A DNA stretch of 64,000 nucleotides from Octopus sinensis (Eukaryota): contig NW_021834283.1 of assembly GCF_006345805.1 (NCBI RefSeq), positions 3,619 to 67,618 of the forward strand, read 5' to 3'. Below are positions 11,700 to 24,240 of the stretch, piece by piece. Position 1 is the first letter of the stretch. Every line of letters begins with the position of its first letter. The translations under genes and the position numbers were made by a program. The notes beneath the pieces are model-generated. The model was not told the origin of the DNA, did not search any database, and was given only the letters and a program-made list of their open reading frames with translations.

Positions 11700-13034
11700 T
11701 AATATATATATATATATATTATATATATATATATTATATATACATACACACTCACTCACACACGCACGCACAAGCGCGCGCGCACACACTCCTTTTGACT
11801 TTTACTTGGATCCTGTCACTGGATTGCGGCCATTTCTGAGCAGCGGCAGAAGGGTTGACTCATTCTGTTAAAGTTCTTCAAGGCGGTGCCCCAGCATGGC
11901 CGCTGTCTAATGACTGAAGCAAGTAAAAAGATAAATATAGGACAGGCTTCTACACAGTTTTCGTCTAACAAATTCACTCATGAGCCATTGGTTAGACAGG
12001 GGCGTAAGTAGAAAACAGTTGTCCAAGGAGCCACGCTGTGGGATTGAACACGAAACGTCGTGATTGCAAAGCAAGCCTATTAACCACAAAGCGTGCTCGC
12101 GCCTATTTGCATAATACTTAAAACACATGTCATACAAAATATACACACGAACACGCGCAGGCGCACACATGCGTGCGTACATATGTGAATATGAGTGTAT
12201 ATGCACTCTCATACATACATATGAAGTTTTCGCTTCATAACAAATTACAAAACTGATAAAAAAAAGTTTAATTAACAAAAAAAGCGCAATCAAAAATGAT
12301 GTAAAGAAATCAAAAGAAAAGGGCTAAGAAAAAAGAAAAAAGAAAGAAAGAAGAAAAGGAAGAAAGAAAGAAGGAAGAATTGGAAGAGAGAAAGAAAGAA
12401 AAATATATTTCTCTTGAATAATTAGGAAAGATTAAACGAACATTGCAAATTACAGATGAAATACAATCAGTCGAAAAACGGTTCAAAGACTTCATTTAAT
12501 AAAAACATATTTTATCTCAGCATCTTTCTTCAAAATGATTAAAACAGCTGGCATAGCGACCATTTAGTTGCTGGGCGCTGGAAAAACTTATGTTTATGGC
12601 TACGACAACGCTGTTCGCTGGAGGTTTGATTTAATATCAGTATCACCGGCTTCAACGCAACAGCAGCTTATTTTCGTCTTTAGTTATTCTGTTTCTAAAC
12701 ACGAGGTTGTACTGGAGACTGCTACTAAAGGGGAGAGAATCGTTTCTAGGTTTATTTCTCTCATGTTGAGGAACCTGTATCGTAGGGTGAAGAGCATAAA
12801 TATATTTCTCTATAATATTTTATTTTGTTTCTTCTTTTCCATGAAATAAGCTCCTTAAGGTCTCCGGTTTCAAAGTGGAACCTTGGCGGCATTTCAACTC
12901 AGAACGTAATGACTGACGAAATACCGCGAAACATTTTGCTCGGCACGATAACGATTCTGCCAGCTTGCCGCCTTAATAATAATAATACCACCACCACCAA
13001 CAACAACAACAACAACAGCAACAACAATAATAAT

Positions 13035-13390
13035 GGTTTCAAATTTTTGCCACAAGGGCAGCTTGGGGAAGGGGATTAAGTCGATTAGATCGACCCTAGA
13101 GCGTAGCTGGTACTTATTTGATCGACTCCGAAAAGATGAAAATCTAATCGACCTCAGAGGAATTTGAACTCAGAACGTAACGGCAGACGAAATACCTATT
13201 TCTTTACTACCCACAAGGGGCTAAACACAGAGGGTACAAACAAGGACAGACAAACGGATTAAGTCGATTATATCGACCCCAGTTTGTAACTGGTACTTAA
13301 TTTATCAACCCTGAAAGGATGAAAGGCAAAGTCGACCTCGGATGCATTTGAACTCAGAACGTAAAGACGGACGAAATACCGCTAAGCATT
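13035..13390 (-). mobile_element. SINE family A dimer
   Basis: Same internal junction (gacgaaatacctatttctttactacccac) at about 13185-13215. Confidence 0.85.
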
Positions 13391-13770
13391 GTGTGGTAAG
13401 TAGCTTGCTTACCAACCACGTGGTTCTGGGTTCATTCCCACTGCGTGGCACCTTGGGCAAGTGTCTTCTACTATAGCCTCAGGCCGACCAAAGCCTTGTG
13501 AGTGGATTTAGTATATATGTATATATATGTATGTGTGTGTGTATATGCTTGTGTGTCTGTGTTTGCCCCCCCCCCCAAACATCATTTGATAACCGATGCT
13601 GGTAATATCTACGTCCCCGTAACTTAGCGATTCGACAAAAGAGACCGATAGAATAAGTACTAGGCTTCCAAAGAATAAGTCCTGGGGTCGATTTGCTCGA
13701 CTAAAGGTGGTGCTCCAGCATGGCCACAGTCAAATGACTGAAACAAATAAAAGAGTAAAAGAGTAAAAAG
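13390..13770 (+). mobile_element. SINE family B, near full length
   Basis: gtgtggtaag...ccttgggcaagtgtcttctactatagcc...ccagcatggccacagtcaaatgactgaaac. Confidence 0.88.
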
Positions 13771-13774
13771 AGTA

Positions 13775-13823
<49 letters not shown>

Positions 13824-13852
13824 TGATAATAATAATGATAATAATAATGATA

Positions 13853-14117
13853 AAATCTAAAAACAGAAACAATCCCTATCATAGTAGGTGCATTAGGTAT
13901 GATAAAAAAAATCTAGACGAATACATAGCAAAAACACCAGGACTTACAAACACATATAACATACAGAAAATTGCACTACTGGGCACTGCACACATCCTAC
14001 GCAGAACACTTTCCATACAGTAACCATCAGAGCACCACAACAAATCACAACACATACCCAAGGCACACAGAGCTGCGCTCGGTAGTGAAGTGAAAGCACG
14101 CTATAAAAACGAAACTA

Positions 14118-14120
<3 letters not shown>
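13853..14120 (+). mobile_element. 3' end of an R4/Dong-like (REL endonuclease) LINE in (TAA)n
   Basis: NLKTETIPIIVGALGMIKK/NLDEYIAKTPGLTNTYNIQKIALLGTAHILRRTLSIQ* plus a short 3' UTR. TAA arrays on both sides. Confidence 0.85.
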
Positions 14121-14179
<59 letters not shown>

Positions 14180-15160
14180 CGATGACGATGATGATGATGA
14201 TGATGATGATGACGATGACGATGACGACGACGACGACGACGACGACGATAATAATAATAATAGTAACGATGCTGCTGCTGATGATGATGATAATTATCCG
14301 GATGAAACATTATGTGTGGATAATGTGATTCTAAAGGTTCATTTTGTATGCCATAAAAATATAAAAGAAATGAATAAATATAGAAATGGTTTGTAAAAGG
14401 GCCAGCGATTCTATGAAGAATAAGCGATTTAAATGATGCTCTCTATTAGCGCCAGTAGTCTTTATTTAGGAAATAACGTGAAATACATTAACGAAGAAGT
14501 CAAGGCGACATTTTGCCAACTCTCACACAGAAGTACTTATCAGCTGGCTGCCAATTTGATATGTGGTTTACATTTCCAACACTCTTGCTTCACTTTAAAT
14601 GGCTCTATTACCATTTTAAATATCGATCGAAGAGACTAAATCTAATTTCGAGAAAAACGTTAAAAAAGAAAAAAAAAAGATCAGGAAAAACAACCAGAGA
14701 AAAACACACAAAAACGTTGAGAATAAAATAAAGCAAATATTTAAAAAATGATTATTTATTTGATATTTTTTATTTCATTTTAATTTATTTTATTTAAAAT
14801 TTTCTTTCACTTTGTTGCCAGACCTTGACCAAAATAAATTCTAAAATCTAAATTATGTTCTCTTTCTCTGTCTGTCTGGAATAGTAATGTTTGGCTTTCG
14901 CCAGGAACAAGTTCGAAGACGAGCCAGAAAAGAAAACTTATACGTTATCGTTCGATATATTAGAAATAGCTGTCAAATTTCCTTCAAATCATGCATTACC
15001 GTCTTAAATAAAGAAGGAGGTGCATTGAATAAATTAGTTTTAAATACACTTGTGTTTGGAAAAAGAAAGAAAATGGCTGCGAGTGTCAAACTTGGAACAC
15101 TTTTGATCATACGGTTGCTGAACAAAGTCTGGCCTGAAATCTAGCAACAACAGCAGCAGT

Positions 15161-15345
15161 GGAGGCGCAATGGCCCAGTGGTTAGGGCAGCGGACTCGCG
15201 GTCGTAAGAATGCGGTTTCGATTCCCAGACCGGGCATTCTGAGTGTTTATTGAGCAAAAACACCTAAGCTCCACGAGGCTCCAACGGGACGGTGGGATGA
15301 ACCCCGCTGTACTCCTTGACCACAGCTTTCTCTCACTCTTTCTTC
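15161..15345 (+). mobile_element. SINE family C, 5' part
   Basis: ggaggcgcaatggcccagtggttagggcagcggactcgcgg. Confidence 0.85.
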
Positions 15346-16161
15346 CTACTTCTGCCACAAAGCAGAGGAACCATGGTGTAACCCACTATGGTGTGGTAAA
15401 CTTTCAAACCCTAGTCTAGATTGCTAATCCTCTGTACTCCAGGATGGTTCAGCTCTCCACCCGTTAAAAGCCACCGTTTACGGAATGAGGATGACAACGT
15501 AGCTTTCGCGCCCGTGCAACCGCCAGTCTATCGCAGTCTATTCTTTGTAGCTTCGAGTAGGCTCGAATTAGAGATTATTCTTTGTGGCTAATGGCGTGAG
15601 TCCTGATTGGAAGAAGAAGAAGAAGAAGACAGTGACAGCAACGACAACGACGACGGCAATGACACGGCACTAGTCAAAGAGGGAGCCTCTTCGTCGTCAT
15701 TCGACCAGCTTTAATAACAGCCAAATTCCCCCCAAACACCACATTACCATCTTAAAACAAAAATTACATTGGACAATGTAGTCCTAGATACACTGTACAC
15801 GAAAATGAAATAAGAGGCAATGGCTAAAGATGGAACTCAGCGGTGTTCTAGCCTTGGACTGTTCAATCAGGACTGACTTGAAGCTAAGCGAAAACATAAG
15901 ATTTTTGTAAACAAATTATAGTTGATAGAAAACCACTGGCTGTTGCAATGCAGATCGAACATTAAATATCCATAAAGACAATGACAAAAATACTAAAATG
16001 ATACCTGAGAAATATTTAGCTATTCACGATATTTCGGATAAACTACCCTTTTCAAAAGAATTCACAGAAGAGAGAAATACCTGCATTTTTATTGGTTTGC
16101 TCCAAGGTCAGAACTGATATAATAGTCCTATGAATAAAAGCAATCCAATACTGTTTATGCG

Positions 16162-16550
16162 TAAGGCGGCGAGCTGGCAGAATCGTTAGCACGCCGGGCG
16201 AAATGCGTGGCCGTACTTCGTCTGCCGTTACGTTCTGAGTTCAAATTCCGCCGAGGTCGACTTTGCCTTTCATCCTTTCGGGGTCGATTAAATAAGTACC
16301 TGTTACGCACTGGGGTCTATATAATCGACTTAATCCGTTTGTCTGTCCTTGTTTGTCCCCTCTGTGTTTAGCTCCTTGTGGGTAGTAAAGAAATAGGAAT
16401 TTCGTCTGTCTTTGCGTTCTGAGGTCGACTTTGTCTTTCATCCTTTCGAGGTCGATAACTTAAGTACCAGTTACATACTGGGGTCGATCTAATCGGTTGC
16501 CCCCCCTACCCCCCGATATTTCGGGCCTTGTTCCTAAAGTAGAAAAGAAT
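16162..16550 (+). mobile_element. SINE family A dimer whose second body has an alternative tail
   Basis: taaggcggcgagctggcagaatcgttagc..., junction gtagtaaagaaatagg, then a second body. Confidence 0.88.
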
Positions 16551-17124
16551 GCTAATTATGTCTATCATGCACAGCATTATACAAATTTACCTTCTTTTAC
16601 AAAAATGGTGTGTAATTAAAATGAAATGTTAGCTGATATTTCAAATAGAAATTATACTTTTTAGACAGTGACAGTAGTATATTACTAGTAATTATTTTGT
16701 TTGTAAGAGCGGAAGTATGCAGTGATGAGGAGTCGTTTATCCTCCTCCCAAATCGACAATAGATGTTTAAAGAACAGTGAGATCGATACAAACGTCAGGA
16801 AAAAATACATATTTATTTGATTGGAGCATGAGGTTAAGGATATAGCAGAGACTCACGAACATACATACATACACAGACCGAAGCATTCATATATGCACAC
16901 ACTGGGAAGCACACACATATTCACATACATGTACTAACTCACACATACACTCACATACAGATACACATACAGTTCTCTTTACAACCACATAGTTTTGGGT
17001 TCACTCCCATTGCGCTGCATCTTGGGCAGGTGTCTTCTACTATAGCCTCGGCCCGACCAATGCCTTGGGAGAGGATATGGTGTATGGAAGCTGTATGGAC
17101 GCTCTCCGTGCTCATATATATATA

Positions 17125-17128
17125 TGTA

Positions 17129-17193
<65 letters not shown>

Positions 17194-17246
17194 GTCTGTC
17201 TGTCTGTCTGTCTGCCTGTCTATCTGTCTGTCTGTCCGCCTGTCTA

Positions 17247-17281
<35 letters not shown>

Positions 17282-17319
17282 GTCTGTCTGTCTGTCCGTC
17301 CAGCCGTCTGTCTGTCTAT

Positions 17320-17356
<37 letters not shown>

Positions 17357-17374
17357 CGTCCGTCCCTCTGTCTC

Positions 17375-17450
<76 letters not shown>

Positions 17451-17460
17451 CATATCTACA

Positions 17461-17537
<77 letters not shown>
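17125..17537. repeat. (TATC)n/(TGTC)n tetranucleotide array
   Basis: Direct reading. Source of the YLSI ORF artefacts. Confidence 0.97.
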
Positions 17538-18797
17538 GAACAGGTGTGGTCGCCGTTTGTGAGGCACGCTTTCCCGCAGCTCGTCTCCATGACCGAACTG
17601 CAGTCGTGGATCAAAAAGAGGCCGAGGAAGGGCGATTGGCACCGCGAGTGTCGCGTTGCTCTCAAGCAACTCTGCCGTCCCGGGTCGACCTTGAGTGACT
17701 TCAACACAACCAAAGCATTCTATAGGGGATTAGTGGAGGGGAGGTACAACGATGAGCTCGGGGCGAACCTGGACGTCGACGAGGAGTACCTGACCCGCCT
17801 GTTCAGGACGACTTTTCGGGCCAGGGCCCATGGACAACTTCCAGAGATCCCTGGCAGTGCTACCGAGAAGCGCACCCCCGTTCGGGATAAGCTCTACAGA
17901 CACGGCTCGAGAAACACGGGGCCGACCTGCCCGAGATGCGGTCAGAGCGACGAAACCGTTCTGCACGCACTCGTGCAGTGTCCAACAATTTCCGACCTGT
18001 GGGCTTATGTCGAACAACTGCTGTCACGTGTGGGACGAGTCGGTTATCAGCTGAGTCTATCGTCAATATTGTCACGCCGCCTTCCTTCAAACGGGAAGAA
18101 GAGCTTTTTCATCATCCTTGTGCTATGGCGAAAGAATGTATCTGGTGGACGCGTCTGAAAGGATTGGAGACAAACACTTTCCTCTCTGGTCAATCTCTCA
18201 TCAACTTCTTCAAGTACCACTTGAAAAGGAAAGTGAGAGTAGAGAGGCAAGTTTTGTCTAGCGAATGTTTAAAAAAAAGATGGGTGAATGTAGCAAGGAT
18301 GGCACGTATGAATGACGAAGCCACCTTGAGCATAATCCTATGAACCCAGAAATTGAAAACAGAGGGTTACCCACTTGCAAACAAATGTGGTAACATATAA
18401 CAATATTGACCAAGGTTACCGTGGTCTTTTTCGGATAAACCTTACTTGCTTTCCCACGGATAAACCTTACTTGCTTTCCCCTTTACACCATATATCGTAA
18501 CACTGTGATACACGATCCCTATTGATCGTTCTTTTTTTCCTCTTCCCCTTTTTTTCCCCTTTTTTCTTCTTTTTTCATTTCTCTTTCCTTTTGTTCCTTT
18601 TCCTTTTCTTTTTATTCTTTTTATTTTATTCAATTTTTTTTTGTTCTTTTCTTCCCTTTTACGATCCATCTTGATCGAAAACCTACGCCACCCCCTTTTT
18701 TTTCTTTTGTTTTTTGTTCTCTTCATCCCCCAAAAGAAAAGCTCTACCTTGTAACTTGTCCCATCTGTGTGCAGCCCTGTGTGGCCAATAAAGAAAC
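17538..18797 (+). mobile_element. 5'-truncated L1/Tx1-type LINE: ORF2 C-terminus (zf-RVT-like CCHC) plus 3' UTR
   Basis: Across frameshifts: ...LPVRDKLYRHG...CPRCGQSDETVLHALVQC...AKECIWWTR...FFKYHLKRKVRVERQVLS...RWVNVA. Pyrimidine-rich UTR, AATAAA at 18787, TATC arrays on both sides. Confidence 0.85.
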
Positions 18798-18906
<109 letters not shown>

Positions 18907-19114
18907 CATCTATCTATCACTGTATGTATGTATGTATGTATCTATATATGTGCATGTGTGTGTGTGTGTGTGTGAGTGTGTGTGTTTATGTGTATATATG
19001 TGTGTATGTGTATATATGTGTGTGTCCTTGTGTTTGTCCCCTTCTACTAGTTGAACGAATCGTATAACTAAGCGGCTCGGCAGAAGTGCATACATACATA
19101 TATACGTGCAAATA

Positions 19115-19331
19115 CAAGGTGGCCCAAAAGTAGGTGTACAGTTATTCAACTATTTCTTTCGCATTCATATATTAATTAACAGTTTAGATCTTAATTATAA
19201 AAAAAAATAAGAAGTCATTATTCTATACTAATTTAGTTAATTGTAAGATAGAAATTTAGTTGTAATGAAATGTTTTAAACGAAATTTAAAGTGCCTACGT
19301 GATAACTGTAAACCTACTTCGGACCACCCTG
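19115..19331. mobile_element. Tc1/mariner-type MITE
   Basis: TA|caaggtggcccaaaagtaggtgtacagttat ... ataactgtaaacctacttcggaccaccctg|TA. Imperfect TIRs of about 30 bp with TA target duplication. Confidence 0.8.
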
Positions 19332-19713
19332 TATAGAAACATATTCAAACATACGTACAATCATACATTCACACATACATACGCACATACCTACCTACCT
19401 ACCAACCTACCTACCTACCTACCTACCTACCTACCTACCTACCTACCTATTTATCTATCTACCTACCTACCTACCTACCTATCTACCTACCTAATTTTCT
19501 ATCTACCTACATACCTACCTACCAACCTACCTACCTACCTACCTACCTACCTACCTACCTACCTACATACATACATACATACATGCATCCATTCACACAT
19601 ATTCTTACATATGAACAACCATACATTCATACACACATACATACATACATACATACATACATACAAACATACATACATATATACATTCACACATACATAC
19701 ATACATACATACA

Positions 19714-19747
<34 letters not shown>

Positions 19748-19771
19748 CATACATACATACATACATACATA

Positions 19772-19866
19772 CCCTGTTGTTGATGTTGAAATTCCAATGA
19801 AAGACCCTTGGATCTAGGTTAGAAACCGGCTCTTTCTCTATTGGCAAGAAATAAAACTGAACAATG
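19772..19866 (+). mobile_element. Short element of about 100 bp embedded in (CATA)n
   Basis: ccctgttgttgatgttgaaattccaatgaa...ggatctaggttagaaaccggctctttctctattggcaagaaataaaactgaacaatg. Further copies at 25291-25381, 41016-41118(-) and, partially, 24100-24137(-). Confidence 0.75.
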
Positions 19867-19921
19867 ACATACATACATACATCCACACATATAATTTATA
19901 CAAACGTGCAACCATACATTC

Positions 19922-20080
<159 letters not shown>

Positions 20081-20470
20081 GTACATACATACATACATAC
20101 ATATATACACGCATCCACACATACATATATATATATATATACACATTCACATGCATATACTTATATTCGCACGTACATATATGGTAAACATTTTGATTTA
20201 CAAATGTTTTCTGTGTCGTACTGTTGTGTATATATATTTTTTATTAGAATTTTTTATTAGAATTTCCTAATTAACGGTTGTTATTTAGAAAATGTAAATG
20301 TTTTTATTAGCTGCGTTTCAAGGTCACTTTTAATCATCAGCAAAAATTGTGTCTTTCCTCCTCCTCGTGCTCTTTTTATGCTTCTCTCTCTCTCTTTCTC
20401 TCTAATATATATGTGTGTGTGTGTGTGTACATTTATACCTGTATGAACAGACACACATCTGTCTGTCCAC

Positions 20471-20527
<57 letters not shown>

Positions 20528-20528
20528 A

Positions 20529-20587
<59 letters not shown>

Positions 20588-20588
20588 T

Positions 20589-22765
20589 TAGCAGACAGCA
20601 GCATATTCCCTAATGAACAGAAAGGATGTAAACGTGGATCCTACGGCTGTAAAGATCAACCACTCATCAATAAGATGATCTTAGAAGATTGTCACAAACG
20701 ACACGAAAACTTATCAATAGCCTGGATAGACTATAAAAGGGCTTTTGATAGCCTATCACATAGCTGGATTTGGAAATGCCTGGAAATGTATAAGATAGCA
20801 CCTACTCTGCGAAACGTTTTGACTGTAAGTATGAGATCATGGAGAACCACACTAACTCTGAACAGTGACAATGAATCCCTAAATGCTGGTGATGTAAAAA
20901 TTTCATGTGGCATTTTCCAGGGTGACTCACTGTCACCACTCCTCTTTTGTTTAGCCTTAATACCTCTCTCAAAACTGCTCAATGACGCGAAGTACGGGTA
21001 TAAAATGTTTGATAAAAATATAAATCATCTCATTTACATGGATGATTTAAAGCTTTTTGCCAAAAAATGACCAGCAACTCAAGGGCTTACTAGCCAAACA
21101 ATTCAGTGACGACATCAGAATGCAATTCGGCCTCGATAAATGTGCAAAAGCTACCTTTATCAAAGGAAAAATGACAGAAACATCTAACGTTAACCTTGAC
21201 CAGCAGAATGTCATAAAAGAACTAGACCCAGCGGAGAGCTACAAGTACCTAGAGGTAATTGAAGGGGACGGAATAAGGCATTCAGAGATGAAGGAAAGGT
21301 TCAGGAGAGAATGTTATCGAAGAGTGAGAGCAATACTCAAGACAGAGCTGAATGCAAGAAACAGGATCGAAGCGATCAATGCATTAGCCATACCAGTCGT
21401 GACTTACAGTTTCAATATCGTTAACTGGTCAATTACTGAAATATGTCAGCTCGACAGAAAAATACGAAAACTGTTGATAATGCATAGGATGCACCACCCT
21501 AAGGCAGATACAGAACGACTTTATCTGCCAAGAAAAGAGGGAGGCCGTGGTCTTTTACAACTGGCAATAACAATGAAGATTGCTACAATTGGCCAAGACA
21601 CCTACCTGAAAAAGTCTGAGGACTGGATGTTAAAACTTGTCTCAATACATGAAAACAAGAAAGCATCATACTCAGTAACAAAACAGGCAAAGGAATATCT
21701 AAGTGAATTCCGAATACAACAAATTTCGGAATTAGAGATAGACATACAAGAAACAAGCACAGAAAAAGCTAGGCGCATGAAAACCCGTGCCAAAACTGCG
21801 GCCTTAGATATTCTGAATAATAAATGGCAAGAAAAACCTCTCTATGGCAAATACCCAAAGAGAGCGAATAATGCAGATATTGACAAAGCCCTGACCCATC
21901 AATGGCTAATGGCCTCTGGCTTAAAATCTGAAACAGAAGGGTTTATCATAGCAGCTCAAGATCAATGCATACCAACAAGAAACTACCAGGCCAACATATT
22001 AAAGAACGGCAGTAGCCCAACATGTCGTGTATGTCGACAACAAAATGAAACCATTGATCATGTTGTCTCCAAATGCAGTCTTCTAGCGCCTACAGAGTAC
22101 CTCAGTAGGCATGATAGAGCTGCACAATATATTCACTGGGTAATTTGCAAAAACCTGGATTTGCCCCATGAAAAAAACTGGTGGGAACACAATCCACCTC
22201 CAGTGCTTGAAAATGACCACATCTCACTCCTCTGGAACTTCACCATTCAAATTGACAGAAAGATAGATGCAAATAGGCCAGACATCATATTGAAAACTTC
22301 AGACAAGAACATGCCTCCTTATTGATATGACTGTCCCAATCGATATAAACGTATCTGTCAAGACCTACCAAAAACTGAGCAAATATAAAGATCTTGAAAT
22401 AGAAATCAGCAAAATGTGGAACCTGAAGACTAAAACAATACCTGTTGTCATAGGTGCCCTGGGAATGATAGCGAAAGGGGCTGATTGCTACCTAACTCAG
22501 ATACCAGGAAACCCCAAAATGGCAGAAATTCAAAAGATAGTGCTCATATCCTATGCAAAATACTCACTATGTAATCCCAAGGTTTAAAACAAACTTTAAA
22601 AAAAAAAATTATTTATTAGACATTCACTAGTACAACACCAACCCCACCCAAATATATGGCACACTAGGCACAACAACAACGTGAACTGCCAACCTGTTGT
22701 CTCTTGAGGTCTCTGGGTGAGACTTGGAGTCAACTTGTACAAACATAAAGCAAAAGTCAAACATA

Positions 22766-22766
<1 letters not shown>
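20589..22766 (+). mobile_element. 5'-truncated R4/Dong-type non-LTR retrotransposon (RT + CCHC + REL endonuclease), frameshifted
   Basis: [44 protein letters not shown]...HVVSKC, RHD, RPDII, IDMTVP, KLSKYKDL, PVVIGALG. Frameshifts near 21062 and 22290-22310; (TAA)n on both sides. Confidence 0.95.
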
Positions 22767-22831
<65 letters not shown>

Positions 22832-22879
22832 TGATAATGATGATGATGATGAGGATGATGATGATGATGATGATCTCTT

Positions 22880-23330
22880 TCATCTCTTTTTCAGTCATTT
22901 GAATGCGGCCATGCTGGAGCACCGCCTTTAGTCGAGCAAATCGACCCCAGGATTTATTCTATGTAAGCCTAGTACTTATTCTATCGCTCTCTTTTGCCGA
23001 ACCGCTAAGTTAGGGGACGTAAACACACCACCATCTGTTGTCAAGCGATGTTGAGGGGACAAACACAGACACACAACACACACGCACACACACACACACA
23101 CACACACAACACACACACACACACACACACACAACCCACACACATATATATATAATATAATATACATATATACAACGGGCTTTTTCAATATCCGTCTACC
23201 AAATCCCTCACAAGCTTTGGTCGGCCCGAGGCTATAGTAGAAGACACTTGCACAAGGTGCCACGCAGTGGAAATGAACTCGGAACCATGTGGTTGATACA
23301 AGCTACTTACCACACAGCCACTCCTGCGCC
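22880..23330 (-). mobile_element. SINE family B, full length
   Basis: Tail and head both present in reverse orientation, with an internal (CA)n. Confidence 0.88.
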
Positions 23331-23346
23331 TATGATAATAATAATA

Positions 23347-23393
<47 letters not shown>

Positions 23394-23452
23394 TGGTGGT
23401 GATGATGATGATGATGACGATGATGATGATGATGATGATGATAATAATAATA

Positions 23453-23498
<46 letters not shown>

Positions 23499-23499
23499 T

Positions 23500-23858
23500 C
23501 CTGCATCGTAAAGAAAGAGGATGAAAAATTGCCCGTTTGATTCCAGCGTCATAAAGAAAGAGGACAAAAAAATACAATCCCTTAAAATTTGAAATAGGAA
23601 GAATCCGATAATGAGAATAGTAAAGGTCGTGCCTGTAATAATTGGCACGTTGGTAACAGCAAGCAAAAATATAGACAAATGGCTGAAGGAGATTGGGATG
23701 GAATGCCCGGTGGAACTCCTACAGAATTTTTTTTTTCTCGTAGGGACAGCAACGGTTATCAGGAGAGTTCTAAGCATTTGAAAGACAGCTGAAACATTTA
23801 GAAACACCCTACCTACGTAAATCATACCTGGAATAACACCGAACCTGAACTAAAACAA
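23500..23858 (+). mobile_element. Degenerate 3' end of another R4/Dong-like LINE in (TAA)n
   Basis: CPFDSSVIKKE...VKVVPVIIGTLVTASKNIDKWLKEIGMECPVELLQ...GTATVIRRVLSI*; TAA arrays on both sides. Confidence 0.75.
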
Positions 23859-23922
<64 letters not shown>

Positions 23923-24201
23923 TAATCCTTTCTGCTAAAGGCACAAGACCTGAAATTTTGGAGGAGGAGGGACTAGTCGACTACTAGTCAACTCCAGTGT
24001 TTCACTAGTACTTAATCTATCGACCCCGAAAGGATGAAAGGCAAAGTCGACCTCGGCGGAATTTGAACTCAGAACGCAACGACGGACGAAATGCCGCTAA
24101 GAGCTGGTTTCTAACCTAGTTGCAAGGGTCCCTCATTGTATGTATGTATGTATGTATGTATGTATGTATGTATGTATGTATGTATGCATGTATGTATGTA
24201 T

Positions 24202-24239
<38 letters not shown>

Positions 24240-24240
24240 T

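Noticed and set aside
12568-12849. 93-aa ORF starting LGAGKT
   Set aside because: No other NTPase motifs and no clear splice context.
15161-15235. tRNA genes at SINE heads
   Set aside because: A/B-box-like motifs run directly into SINE bodies, with no complete cloverleaf or terminator.
17124-18158. 344-aa ORF as a single gene
   Set aside because: The N-terminal 138 aa are (TATC)n; the rest is a frameshifted LINE fragment.
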